DNA of 64,000 bases from Spirochaetia bacterium (GTDB taxonomy: Bacteria; Spirochaetota; Spirochaetia; DSM-2461): contig OY764216.1 of NCBI GenBank assembly GCA_963668315.1, positions 2,144,001-2,208,000 on the forward strand, given 5' to 3'. The translations under genes and the position numbers were made by a program. Below the pieces are notes generated by a model. It saw only the letters and a list, made by a program, of their open reading frames with translations. It did no database searches and was not told where the DNA came from. Below are positions 46,810 to 56,201 of the stretch, piece after piece (the stretch's first letter is position 1; each line of letters starts with the position of its first letter).

Positions 46810-48021
46810 ATGGAATTACTATCTCCCGCGGGCAGTATAGAAAAGCTGAAATATGCCTGGCTGTACGGTGCCGATGCGGCTTATATCGGACTACAGGGCT
46901 TTTCCCTCAGGGCCAAGGCGGACAATTTCGCCAATGAAGCGGACCATGCAGAGGAAGAAGCGGAATATATCAAATCGATAAAGGGACAGAATAAACTTTA
47001 CTGCGCTCTGAATATCTATTTTCATAATAAAGATCTCGCCCGTCTGGAAAGAAATCTCGCCGCCTTCGAAGCCTATCCTTTCGACGCGTTTATCATAAGC
47101 GACATAGGCCTGCTTCCCCTCCTCAAGAGACGATTTCCCCATACGGAACTCCATCTTAGTACTCAGGCAAACGCCACGAACGGAGAGGCGGTCAAAATGT
47201 ACGGGGACATGGGATTTTCCCGGGTTGTTCTGGGAAGGGAAGTCTCCCTGGCCGAGATCGAATCGATCAAGAAAGCCGCGCCCCATATCGAACTGGAGGC
47301 TTTTGTTCACGGCGCCATGTGCCTGGCCTATTCGGGCCGCTGCTTCCTAAGCGCCTGGATGACCGGCCGCTCGGGTAATGACGGAACCTGCGCCCACTCC
47401 TGCCGCTGGGACTACCGCGTCCTGGAAGAGGAGAAGCGCCCCGGCCAGTACTATCCCGTCATAGAGAACGAAGGCTTCACCACCATTCTCTCCTCCAAGG
47501 ATATCTGCATGATAGATCATCTTAAGGAGATGAAGGAGACAGGGGTCGACTCCCTGAAGATAGAGGGACGGATGAAGTCCATCTATTACACCGCCGTGGT
47601 TACCCGGGCCTACCGGAAAGCTTTGGACAGGCTGGCGGGAAAGAATGTCCCCGACTACGAGGGATACCGGGAGGAACTGAACAAGGTCAGCCACCGGGAA
47701 TTTTCCACCGGCTTCTATTTCAGTAAGCATGACGTGGAAAAATCCACCGAGATCTCCTACCAGAGGCAGTACACCTTCATGGGCTCCCTGGGAAAGGAGA
47801 TCGCCCCCGGTCAGTTTGAACTGGATATCAAAAATAAGATCCTCCGCTCCGACGAACTGGAGTTCATCGGTCCCGACGAGCTCTACCTCTCCGACAGGAA
47901 CTGGAAAATCCTGGAGCCCTCCGGAGAAGAGCCGGAAGAGGCGGATCATGGAAAATCCTATACCATCATCCCCGGGATAAAAGCTCAGGAAGGGTACATC
48001 ATCAGAAAGAAAAAGGACTGA
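46810..48021 (+). CDS. trhP: U32-family protein, TrhP/YegQ-like tRNA 5-hydroxyuridine modification enzyme
   Basis: MELLSPAG, GADA.Y.G, HLSTQAN, E.FVHGAMC.AYSGRC, C.HSCR, SLKIEGRMKS. Confidence 0.8.
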   Translation: MELLSPAGSIEKLKYAWLYGADAAYIGLQGFSLRAKADNFANEADHAEEEAEYIKSIKGQNKLYCALNIYFHNKDLARLERNLAAFEAYPFDAFIISDIGLLPLLKRRFPHTELHLSTQANATNGEAVKMYGDMGFSRVVLGREVSLAEIESIKKAAPHIELEAFVHGAMCLAYSGRCFLSAWMTGRSGNDGTCAHSCRWDYRVLEEEKRPGQYYPVIENEGFTTILSSKDICMIDHLKEMKETGVDSLKIEGRMKSIYYTAVVTRAYRKALDRLAGKNVPDYEGYREELNKVSHREFSTGFYFSKHDVEKSTEISYQRQYTFMGSLGKEIAPGQFELDIKNKILRSDELEFIGPDELYLSDRNWKILEPSGEEPEEADHGKSYTIIPGIKAQEGYIIRKKKD

Positions 48022-48026
48022 TTTTC

Positions 48027-49205
48027 ATGGACTTCAGCATCATATTTGTCATCATTCTCCTGGGAGGATGGATTTTCGGCCGCATCTTCGGCAAAATCGG
48101 TCTGCCATCCATTTTCGGAATGGTCGTTTTCGGGATCATCTGTTCCCTGACCCTGACGGATAAAGCACCGGACTTGCTGTGGGATATGGCGCCCTATCTC
48201 AAATCCTTCGCTCTTATAGTCATACTTTTGCGAGCCGGTCTGGGACTGAACAAGGACGCCCTCAAAAAAAACGGTCGTGTCGCCGTATTGCTGGCTTTCC
48301 TTCCCTGCCTCGTGGAGGGAGCGGCCCTTACCCTGGCCATAAGGTTCGTATTCGGCTTTGATCTTTTCACCGCCGGTCTGACCGGCTATATGTTGGCCGC
48401 CGTTTCCCCCGCCGTTATTGTGCCGTCCATGCTCGATTTGAAGGAGAAGGGGATAGGCCGGGAGAAGGACGTCCCCACCATCATTCTGGCCGGCGCTTCG
48501 GTGGACGATGTGATCGCCATAACCCTGTTTACCGTTTTTCTGGATCTGGCCCTTTCCGGGCAGGCCGATATACTGCGTTCCGTCCTCTCCGTTCCCCTCT
48601 CCCTCGTTCTGGGCATAGCCGCGGGAGGGGTGGCGGGATTTCTGCTGCTCCGTTTTTTCCGTCGCTTTCACGAGAGCATCAGAGCCACGGAGAAAACCCT
48701 GGTCCTGATTATGGCGGGCACCCTTCTGGTCGATCTGGGGGACAGCGCCCATTTCGCCGCACTGATAGGCCTTATGACCATAGGTTTCATTCTTCTTGAA
48801 CGATCCGAAGTCATCGCCCATGAACTGGCGGGGAAACTCTCTAAAATCTGGGTCTTCGCCGAGATCGTTCTATTTGTTCTGATCGGATTCTCCCTGGATG
48901 TACACGTCGCTCTGGCAGGAGGACTCAAGGCTCTGGCCGTTCTGGCTATCGGGCTCTTTTTCCGTTCCCTCGCCGTTCTGGCCTCCACTTCCTTTTCGAC
49001 GCTTTCCTGGCGGGAGCGTCTTTTCTGCGTAATCGCCTACCTTCCCAAAGCTACCGTGCAGGCGGCCCTGGGAGGAGTAGCCCTGAGCCGGGGAATTCCC
49101 GAAGGGGACACCATTCTGGCCCTGGCCGTCCTGGCAATCATTGTCACCACACCCATAGGGCTGATCGGTATACGGGTATTCGGCAAACCTCTTCTGGACA
49201 GCTGA
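48027..49205 (+). CDS. Cation:proton antiporter (Na+/H+ exchanger family)
   Basis: Many TM helices; ILLRAGL, AAVSPAVIVP, SVDDV, YLPKATVQAALG. Confidence 0.9.
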   Translation: MDFSIIFVIILLGGWIFGRIFGKIGLPSIFGMVVFGIICSLTLTDKAPDLLWDMAPYLKSFALIVILLRAGLGLNKDALKKNGRVAVLLAFLPCLVEGAALTLAIRFVFGFDLFTAGLTGYMLAAVSPAVIVPSMLDLKEKGIGREKDVPTIILAGASVDDVIAITLFTVFLDLALSGQADILRSVLSVPLSLVLGIAAGGVAGFLLLRFFRRFHESIRATEKTLVLIMAGTLLVDLGDSAHFAALIGLMTIGFILLERSEVIAHELAGKLSKIWVFAEIVLFVLIGFSLDVHVALAGGLKALAVLAIGLFFRSLAVLASTSFSTLSWRERLFCVIAYLPKATVQAALGGVALSRGIPEGDTILALAVLAIIVTTPIGLIGIRVFGKPLLDS

Positions 49206-49208
49206 TAA

Positions 49209-49237
49209 GGGAAAGGGAAAGCGGAAAGCGGAAAGCG
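49209..49237. repeat. Short purine-rich tandem repeat at the left edge of the AT-rich island
   Basis: GGGAAA GGGAAA GCGGAAA GCGGAAA GCG. Confidence 0.5.
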
Positions 49238-49390
49238 TTATATTGAAAACGGTATAATACCCCTTTTCACAGTGAGATAGCTTAAGGCATAAATGAAGTG
49301 TTGTGATATAAAACGTATTTGTTATTGGTGGCTTACTCCGGGAGTCGCAAAGGAATACGTCTTTTCCGAGAATGGGGAATACAGATAAGA

Positions 49391-49663
49391 ATGAAAATAG
49401 ATAAGAATGAGATCCTGGAGAAGATATGTTATACCGATCTCGTTTATGATCGGATAAATAAAAAATTAAACATATCACTCTCAAAAATTGAGAGTGAAAG
49501 ATTTATTCTGAGAATACTGCAAGAGACTCAAGATGATAATTATAAGATGATAGGAAAGAATTTTTATGTTAATAATTTCACTGAAAATATCAGGATAACC
49601 ATTAATAGAAATACTTTCAGAATCATTACAGCAGATATAATCGATAAAAATAAAATAAAATGA
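49391..49663 (+). CDS. DUF3781-like small protein
   Basis: ICYTDLVY.RINKKL...GKNFYV...ITIN..TFRIITA pattern; ATG at 49391; AT-rich codon usage. Confidence 0.72.
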   Translation: MKIDKNEILEKICYTDLVYDRINKKLNISLSKIESERFILRILQETQDDNYKMIGKNFYVNNFTENIRITINRNTFRIITADIIDKNKIK

Positions 49664-49800
49664 TGTTCAGGAAGGTCAAGGAAATCCTCGTGATTTATTC
49701 TTTTCAGGAAATGATGTCTATGAAAAACTTTCTATCAATGAGAACATTCCAAGTAGGTTATGGTGAGCAATTTGAAATATTATGAGGAACTATAAGGAAA

Positions 49801-50367
49801 TTGTTCAAATATTATATAATCATTTTTTTAGTATCATTTTCAGAACTTGTTTCCTCTCAGGAAGATAATAACAGGGATATATCGGCCGTTAAGCTAAATG
49901 ATTTTTCAATTGAATATTTAAAGAACGAGAATCCAGATAATATCGTTGAATTATGTATAAATACAGAGACATTATCCTCCCTTGAAAAAGATATCTATTA
50001 TCAAGAATTGGATAATTACATCATTGCCCATGCAGACATAGATAACGATAGATTTGAGTTAATTAAAATGTCATTAATTGATATTCTTTATTTAATGAAA
50101 GCGTGTGAAGAGTATGGCACCTTTTTCCAGCATATGGAACATCGATTAGGAGCATATTCAATATGGCTTACATATACAAAAAAAACAAACGGACAGGATT
50201 TAACTTTAAAAAGAATAATTGATAATATTATTAATGATATTTCTGATAATAAAGATATTGAAATTGCAAAAGAACAATATAAGCAATGTATTGATGATTT
50301 TGCACGAATAGACGATCAAACCATAACTGCCAATATAATATGGTTTTATGAAAATTATATGAAATGA
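49801..50367 (+). CDS. Hypothetical exported acidic protein (AT-rich)
   Basis: 188 open codons in AT-rich DNA; TTG after AAGGA; N-terminal hydrophobic signal-like segment. Confidence 0.7.
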   Translation: MFKYYIIIFLVSFSELVSSQEDNNRDISAVKLNDFSIEYLKNENPDNIVELCINTETLSSLEKDIYYQELDNYIIAHADIDNDRFELIKMSLIDILYLMKACEEYGTFFQHMEHRLGAYSIWLTYTKKTNGQDLTLKRIIDNIINDISDNKDIEIAKEQYKQCIDDFARIDDQTITANIIWFYENYMK

Positions 50368-50464
50368 AAAATGCAGTAGAAGAACAGGCTTCCAGGAAAT
50401 GGTCCATGCCACTTCGGAACTGGAAGCCTGATATGAATAGAGTAGCCATCCATATGAGGGCCTG

Positions 50465-51765
50465 GATAAAGCAACCCTTTTGTCTGTAAAATTAGAAAAA
50501 GTTAATCAGTCTCCATATTCAAATATCTTTTACCTGTAAACCACTGCTCATCTATTTCCATTAACAGAGCCGCGATCAGACGATCAACGGACTTCCTATT
50601 TGGAAATATCATGGCTACCCTTGTTCGCCTCTTTATTTCTTTCATCTGCCGCTCTGCCAAATTTGAAGTTCTTAGCCGTCGCCAATGAGCCTTTGGCATT
50701 GAGAAGACGGTAAGGGACTCGGGGATATTCTCATCCATCCAGCTACTCAGATCGGGCGCCGTTTCCTCATATTTTTTAACAGCCATTGAAAGAAAGCGTT
50801 TCGCTTCTTCTCCATTGGGTGCGTTAAAAATAGTTCTGATGTCTTCTGCTACCTCCTTCTCCATGCTCTTCTTGGGAACGTGATGAGAAGCATTCTGCTG
50901 GAGATGAAACTGACAGCGATGCCAGGGAACCGTAGGAAAAACAGCCTCTATTGCAGATTTTAGACCACTATGGGCATCTGAAGTTATCATTCTGACTCCA
51001 TGTAAACCTCGGTCAACCAATCCAGCGAGGAACTTTCTCCAATGAACATCAGCCTCGCTGAGTTCTGTTGAAATCCCAAGAACCCTTCTCATTCCCTTAT
51101 TATCAACTCCATAAGCAATTAGAACGGCTGCCGAAACGACAGCTCTATCCACACGAGCTTTTTCATAGGTCGCATCCACAATGAGATAGCGAAAAGCTCC
51201 CAGAGGGCGATTCCGCCACTTAGAAATCTCTTCATCCAGCAGTGCGGTTGCTTCAGAAACCTGGGATTGGGAAACTTCGAAGCCGCAGAGCTGTTCTACA
51301 ATTTTGGTTACTCTGCGAGTTGATACCCCCTGGATATACATCTGAGCTATTGCCATTTTCAACGCCCTTTCGCTGCGGCACCCTTTTTCAATGCTGCCAG
51401 GATAGAATTCCATCCCACGGACCTGCGGAATCTCGATAGGGATCTCACCTACACGAGTTCGAATCTTCCTGCTTTTGTACCCGTTTCTATGGCCAATGCG
51501 ATCGTCATTCCGTTCATAATGACTGGCTTGGATTGCCTTCTCTTGCTCTAACCGCATAGATAAATTCATTATTGAACTTATGACCTTTGTTAATCCTTCT
51601 CGATTATCTGCCTGGAGCTCTTCAATCATTTGATCGAAAACGGTATAGTAATCCTCGTTAGTCATGATGCCTTCTTTTGTTTTTGGTCGAACTAATCGAA
51701 GACTGATTGGCTAACTTTTTCAAGCCCCCTTTATTTCTAATTTACAGACACTATTGTACACTATC
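50465..51765 (-). mobile_element. Complete IS256-family insertion sequence (1301 bp)
   Basis: Imperfect TIRs GATAAAGCAACCCTTTTGTCTGTAAAATTAGAAA and (reverse complement) GATAGTGTACAATAGTGTCTGTAAATTAGAAA; perfect 8-bp TSD AGGGCCTG at 50457-50464 and 51766-51773. Confidence 0.95.
50502..51665 (-). CDS. IS256-family (Mutator-type) DDE transposase
   Basis: RNGY, MY.QGVSTR, LIVDA, ITSDAH.GL, RCQFH, RTSN..ER; uninterrupted frame. Confidence 0.96.
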   Translation of the reverse strand: MTNEDYYTVFDQMIEELQADNREGLTKVISSIMNLSMRLEQEKAIQASHYERNDDRIGHRNGYKSRKIRTRVGEIPIEIPQVRGMEFYPGSIEKGCRSERALKMAIAQMYIQGVSTRRVTKIVEQLCGFEVSQSQVSEATALLDEEISKWRNRPLGAFRYLIVDATYEKARVDRAVVSAAVLIAYGVDNKGMRRVLGISTELSEADVHWRKFLAGLVDRGLHGVRMITSDAHSGLKSAIEAVFPTVPWHRCQFHLQQNASHHVPKKSMEKEVAEDIRTIFNAPNGEEAKRFLSMAVKKYEETAPDLSSWMDENIPESLTVFSMPKAHWRRLRTSNLAERQMKEIKRRTRVAMIFPNRKSVDRLIAALLMEIDEQWFTGKRYLNMETD

Positions 51766-51786
51766 AGGGCCTGCCTTCATCCTTCT

Positions 51787-52833
51787 TTACGCAGGCGTGA
51801 TTGTGCCGTCCACATCCCAGAGCGCCTCCCAGCTCTGACCATCCTTCCAGAGAAAAACATCACCCTTGATAAGGCGGCAGTTCCTGTCTATTCCGGCGAT
51901 ATCGGCCATCTCCTTATCGGTCAGTTTTTCTCCCAGAACGCATTTGAGATTGCTCAGATAATTTCTTTTTTTCACAGAGAAGGGAATGGGTATCTGTCCC
52001 CGCTGATAGGCCCATTTCAGACAGACCACGGCAGGATGGACACCCAGTCTCTCGGCGCAGGCTTTGATCACCGGATCTTCCGTATCTACCGTATCGCTCT
52101 CCGTCCTGTCCCTCTCCGGTCTGTCGGGTGACCCGATGGGGGAATATCCCACGGGCTGAATGCCTTTGGACTGGATATAGCTGAAAAGTTCGGGCTGCTG
52201 GAAATGGGGATGGAGCTCCATTTCAATGACCGCCGGTTTGATCCGGCAGTCCCTGAGGACAAGTTCCATTTTGGGGATGGTCATATTGGATACGCCGATA
52301 TTCCTGACCAGACCCATATCCATGAGTTTTTCCATGGCCTGCCAGGTTTTCATATAGTTTTCATGTATGTAAGGTTTGGCGTCGGGGCTCCGGGAGGATA
52401 CATCGCATCCCGGGGGATGGTAGTTGGGGAAGGGCCAGTGGACCAGATAGAGATCCAGGTAACTCAGCTGAAGATCTTCCAGAGATTTCCGGCAGGAGGC
52501 GATCACATCATCGGGAGCATGCATATCGTTCCAGACTTTGCTGGTGATGAAGAGCTCTTCCCTTTTTACCTTTCCCGAGGCAAGGGCTTTGGCAAATGCC
52601 TTGCCTATCTGCTTTTCATTACCGTATACCGAGGCGCAGTCAAAATGGCGATAGCCCAGCTCCATGGCATTGAAAACGGCATCGGCTACTTCTTCGGCTG
52701 TGACATGGTCGGATCCGAAGGTTCCCATTCCAATAACAGGCATTTTCGATCCTGAGTAGAGAGTTTTATAGGGAAAGACAGAAGGGTCGACTCCTTCCGG
52801 ATCCACGATGAAGTCTCTGGTTTCAAAATCCAT
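51787..52833 (-). CDS. Aldo/keto reductase
   Basis: MP.IGMGTF, GYRHFDCASVYGNE, REELFITSKVW, LDLYLVHWP, IGVSN, GYSPIG. Confidence 0.94.
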   Translation of the reverse strand: MDFETRDFIVDPEGVDPSVFPYKTLYSGSKMPVIGMGTFGSDHVTAEEVADAVFNAMELGYRHFDCASVYGNEKQIGKAFAKALASGKVKREELFITSKVWNDMHAPDDVIASCRKSLEDLQLSYLDLYLVHWPFPNYHPPGCDVSSRSPDAKPYIHENYMKTWQAMEKLMDMGLVRNIGVSNMTIPKMELVLRDCRIKPAVIEMELHPHFQQPELFSYIQSKGIQPVGYSPIGSPDRPERDRTESDTVDTEDPVIKACAERLGVHPAVVCLKWAYQRGQIPIPFSVKKRNYLSNLKCVLGEKLTDKEMADIAGIDRNCRLIKGDVFLWKDGQSWEALWDVDGTITPA

Positions 52834-53041
52834 TGATTAATCTCCTTTCCGCTGGGCGGAATCTTCTATAAGTGCTATAGTGTACTAGAACAGTATAGAG
52901 TAAAAAATCCCGTTTGACAAGGGAAAAAAGCATTCGGACAAGTATGGGGGAATTTTCTGTTGCGAAATCCCCCTTCCCGTACATAATTAAAGCAGGGACA
53001 TACATCACAAAAGGGTTCCATCCCACAGTCAGAAGGAAATT

Positions 53042-53680
53042 ATGAAAAACGACGGATCATTGGAAGATTTAAAAAAGACTAACGCCATTCTTTCCGGGAT
53101 AATAGAAAGTCCCAGGAATGTGATCATTTTTGCCCTTGATACGGGATACCGCTATATTGCCTACAACAGTAATCATAGAAAAACTATGAAGGCTATCTGG
53201 GGTGCGGAGATTGAAAAGGGAGAAAATATACTCGATTATATAAGCTCCGAAGAGGACAGACAGAAAGCCCGCATGAATTTTGACAAGATCCTTATGGGAA
53301 AGTCTTTTACCCTGGAAGAACAGTACGGGGACACGGCCCATGAGAGGAGGTATTACGAAGATATCTACAATCCGATTATCGACGATAAGGGCGATATTAT
53401 CGGATTAACCGTTTTTCTGACCGATATTACAGAGCGGAAGACGATGGAGCACGAGCGCAACAAGCTGATAACTGAACTGCAGAACGCCCTGGATAACGTC
53501 AAGATGCTCACGGGACTTCTCCCCGTGTGTTCCCATTGCAAGAAAATCCGTACCGAAAACGAAGACTGGCAGCCTATCGAGCACTATATCAGGGAGCATT
53601 CAGAAGCCCAGTTCTCCCATAGCCTCTGCCCGGAATGCGTAAGTAAGCTCTATCCCGATTTAATCGATGACAGTAAATAA
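53042..53680 (+). CDS. PAS-domain protein with a C-terminal Cys/His putative zinc-binding domain
   Basis: PAS/PAC ending in DITERK, coiled coil, then LLPVCSHCKKIR...W..IE.YI..HS...FSHSLCPEC. Confidence 0.85.
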   Translation: MKNDGSLEDLKKTNAILSGIIESPRNVIIFALDTGYRYIAYNSNHRKTMKAIWGAEIEKGENILDYISSEEDRQKARMNFDKILMGKSFTLEEQYGDTAHERRYYEDIYNPIIDDKGDIIGLTVFLTDITERKTMEHERNKLITELQNALDNVKMLTGLLPVCSHCKKIRTENEDWQPIEHYIREHSEAQFSHSLCPECVSKLYPDLIDDSK

Positions 53681-53722
53681 CAGGGATGAACAAATAACCT
53701 TCCTGTGCTATGATGGGCGGCG

Positions 53723-54502
53723 ATGTCCCGGGAAGAAAAAGAGCAGATTATCATACTAAAAACCTATGCCGTCGGAGAGAATCACCGGGGGGTCAGGCTT
53801 CTGACTCCGGGAAACGGCGTTCTCTCGGCATTGGTATACGGGGGCAACGGAAAGAACAGCGGCCGCAAGGGCGCGGTGATTCCCTTCTGCTACGGCTGGG
53901 GGGATCTGGTTCATGACAGAAGCCGGGGGAGATATCAGCTGAAGGAATTTTCCGTTGAAGCTCCCTTTGAGGCGGTGCGGGAAGATTTGAGAAAGACCTA
54001 TATCGCCAGTCTCTGGTCAGAAGTGATCATGGGCTCCTACGGCGGGGGGCATCAGGGCCCCGAGCTGTTCCTCCTTCTCCTGGAAGCCCTCCACTCCCTG
54101 GCCGAGGCGGGAGACAGGGACCGGGCCCGTAATGAAGGGTATATATATAACCGGGATTCCCGCATTCTGGTGCGGTTCCTCTGGTCCTATCTTGCGTTGA
54201 GCGGTGAACGGCCGGATATACGCCGATGCGCCCATTGCGGAGCGGGGACAGAGAAAGGGCTGTACCGTGATTCCCGGGGGCGTATCTTCTGTGCCTCCTG
54301 CGCCCATCCCGGTTCGGGTAAGCTTCCTCCCGGAATTGTTCCCTATCTTGACAGGGCGGACAGTTCAGGATGGGACGAATTCCTGAAAATCGGCATAGCC
54401 GGACAGACTATGGAACAGTTAAAAAGATGGCTTTTCGCGGTCATTCAGGATCATATGGAGTATCCCCTGAAAACCCTGAAAACGGGTGCTTTTCTTTTAT
54501 AA
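53723..54502 (+). CDS. recO: DNA repair protein RecO
   Basis: N-terminal OB fold (GE.HR...LLT...G.L.A..YG), helical core, Zn finger CAHC...CASC. Confidence 0.85.
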   Translation: MSREEKEQIIILKTYAVGENHRGVRLLTPGNGVLSALVYGGNGKNSGRKGAVIPFCYGWGDLVHDRSRGRYQLKEFSVEAPFEAVREDLRKTYIASLWSEVIMGSYGGGHQGPELFLLLLEALHSLAEAGDRDRARNEGYIYNRDSRILVRFLWSYLALSGERPDIRRCAHCGAGTEKGLYRDSRGRIFCASCAHPGSGKLPPGIVPYLDRADSSGWDEFLKIGIAGQTMEQLKRWLFAVIQDHMEYPLKTLKTGAFLL

Positions 54503-54539
54503 AACTTGTGTATCCCGGGAAAGAGTGATAATCTTGCCT

Positions 54540-56201
54540 ATGGCTTCCTCATTTATACAAAAAAATAATCTCGGTTCATCTCTGCTGGCTCTTCAGCAGG
54601 TTTCTAAGCAATACTACAGGGATGAGTCCCGGCTGGCCGCCCTTTTTCTGGAGCAGGTTGCTGTGCTTTGCGATGCCGAATGTCTTATCCTCCGAAGGGA
54701 AACCGATTCGGGGCCGGTTATCACAGGAAGTCTCTGCCGCAATGAATCGGACCACTCCCCCGAGACGATTATGCAGCAGATCGAACCCTGTTTTTCTGAG
54801 AGTCATAAAACCTATACCGACGATGAAAGGCAGTCTTTTCTTTTCAGGGGAGAGCTTCCCATCCATTTCGCTCATGAGAGGCTTACCCTTTCCCGGGCTC
54901 TGTTCATTTACTCCTCTTCCTTCTGTCCTGTCCGGTATGAACTGATTCTGCTGAACGGTCATATCGATGGTAATGCCGGGGAACTGACCGGCGACCTGAA
55001 AGGGCTGGTCAATATAATGAGCATGACAAAGGAAAAAGCCGCCATGGAAGAGAATATCCGGCGAAAGGAGAAGGGCATTTCAAAGGCGGTGGATTCTAAG
55101 ACCCAGTTTCTGGGAAGCCTGAGTCACGAGATAAGGTCTCCCCTCAACGGTATCATCTGTATGGCCAGTCTGCTCGGAGAAACCGATCTGACCGAAGATC
55201 AGCAGGAGCTCTTGAGTATCATACAGTTCTCTGCCGACAACATAACCAGGATTATTCAGGATCTCGTGGATCTGACCCTTTTGAACTCGGGGCGGGTCAT
55301 ATTGAAGAACGAGAACTTTTCCCTCCTCACGCTCTGCGGCAATCTCATCAAGAATATGAAGGAAGAAGCATCTTCCAAGGGACTGGACCTGGATATGGCG
55401 GTCGAGGACGGCATCGATTCCTTTCACGGTGATTCGGTTCGCATCGGCCAGATCCTCTCCAACCTTATTCAGAACGCCATCAAATATACCGAGAAGGGAG
55501 AAATCTTTCTCGATGTACACCGCCGTCCCGGTGCCGTGGAATTCGTCGTCAGCGATACGGGTGTGGGAATCCCCAGGGACAAGCAGGATCTTATCTTTGA
55601 AGAGTTTACCCAGCTGGGCAATTCCGTCCATAAGGATAAGGTCAGGGGCGTCGGCCTGGGACTGGCCATTGTCAAAGATCTGGTCGAGATCATGGGGGGG
55701 ACCGTGACGGTGAAGAGCCGTGAGGGAAAGGGTTCGAGCTTTTGCGTTCTACTTTCCGATTTTGATGTCCAGCCCGGGAAGGAGAAGGATTTTCCCCGCG
55801 AAGAGGGAACTCTCTTTTTACCGGAGAATTCCCGTTTTCTCATCGTCGATGATGACGAAATCAACAGGCTCTACCTGAGAATGGTTCTTGAGGGGATCGG
55901 AGCCCATACCGATGAAGCGGAAAACGGTCGGATTGCTGTTGAAAAAGTAGCCGGGAAAAAGTACGATATGGTACTTATGGATATCAGCATGCCCGTCATG
56001 AACGGTCTTGATGCGACAAAGGAGATTCGGAAGATCCGCAAAGACCTTCCCGTTCTGGCCATTACGGCCAACGCCTTTGACGAAGATATCCAGAGAATAC
56101 TGGAATCCGGTCTGGACGATATCGTCCTTAAGCCGGTGGATGAAGAACAGCTTATGAATAAAATTTCCAATTGGATGGGAAGGAGTCGGGGCAATGGATG
56201 A
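54540..56201 (+). CDS. Cytoplasmic hybrid sensor histidine kinase/response regulator
   Basis: SHEIRSPLNGI, NLIQNAIKYT, DTGVGI, GVGLGL, C-terminal receiver (VDDD, MDISMP, TA, KP); no TM segment. Confidence 0.93.
   Translation: MASSFIQKNNLGSSLLALQQVSKQYYRDESRLAALFLEQVAVLCDAECLILRRETDSGPVITGSLCRNESDHSPETIMQQIEPCFSESHKTYTDDERQSFLFRGELPIHFAHERLTLSRALFIYSSSFCPVRYELILLNGHIDGNAGELTGDLKGLVNIMSMTKEKAAMEENIRRKEKGISKAVDSKTQFLGSLSHEIRSPLNGIICMASLLGETDLTEDQQELLSIIQFSADNITRIIQDLVDLTLLNSGRVILKNENFSLLTLCGNLIKNMKEEASSKGLDLDMAVEDGIDSFHGDSVRIGQILSNLIQNAIKYTEKGEIFLDVHRRPGAVEFVVSDTGVGIPRDKQDLIFEEFTQLGNSVHKDKVRGVGLGLAIVKDLVEIMGGTVTVKSREGKGSSFCVLLSDFDVQPGKEKDFPREEGTLFLPENSRFLIVDDDEINRLYLRMVLEGIGAHTDEAENGRIAVEKVAGKKYDMVLMDISMPVMNGLDATKEIRKIRKDLPVLAITANAFDEDIQRILESGLDDIVLKPVDEEQLMNKISNWMGRSRGNG

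Noticed and set aside
49293..49388. 31-codon ORF and imperfect hairpin as an integron attC cassette
   Set aside because: No RYYYAAC/GTTRRRY core pair, no second copy and no integrase in the window.
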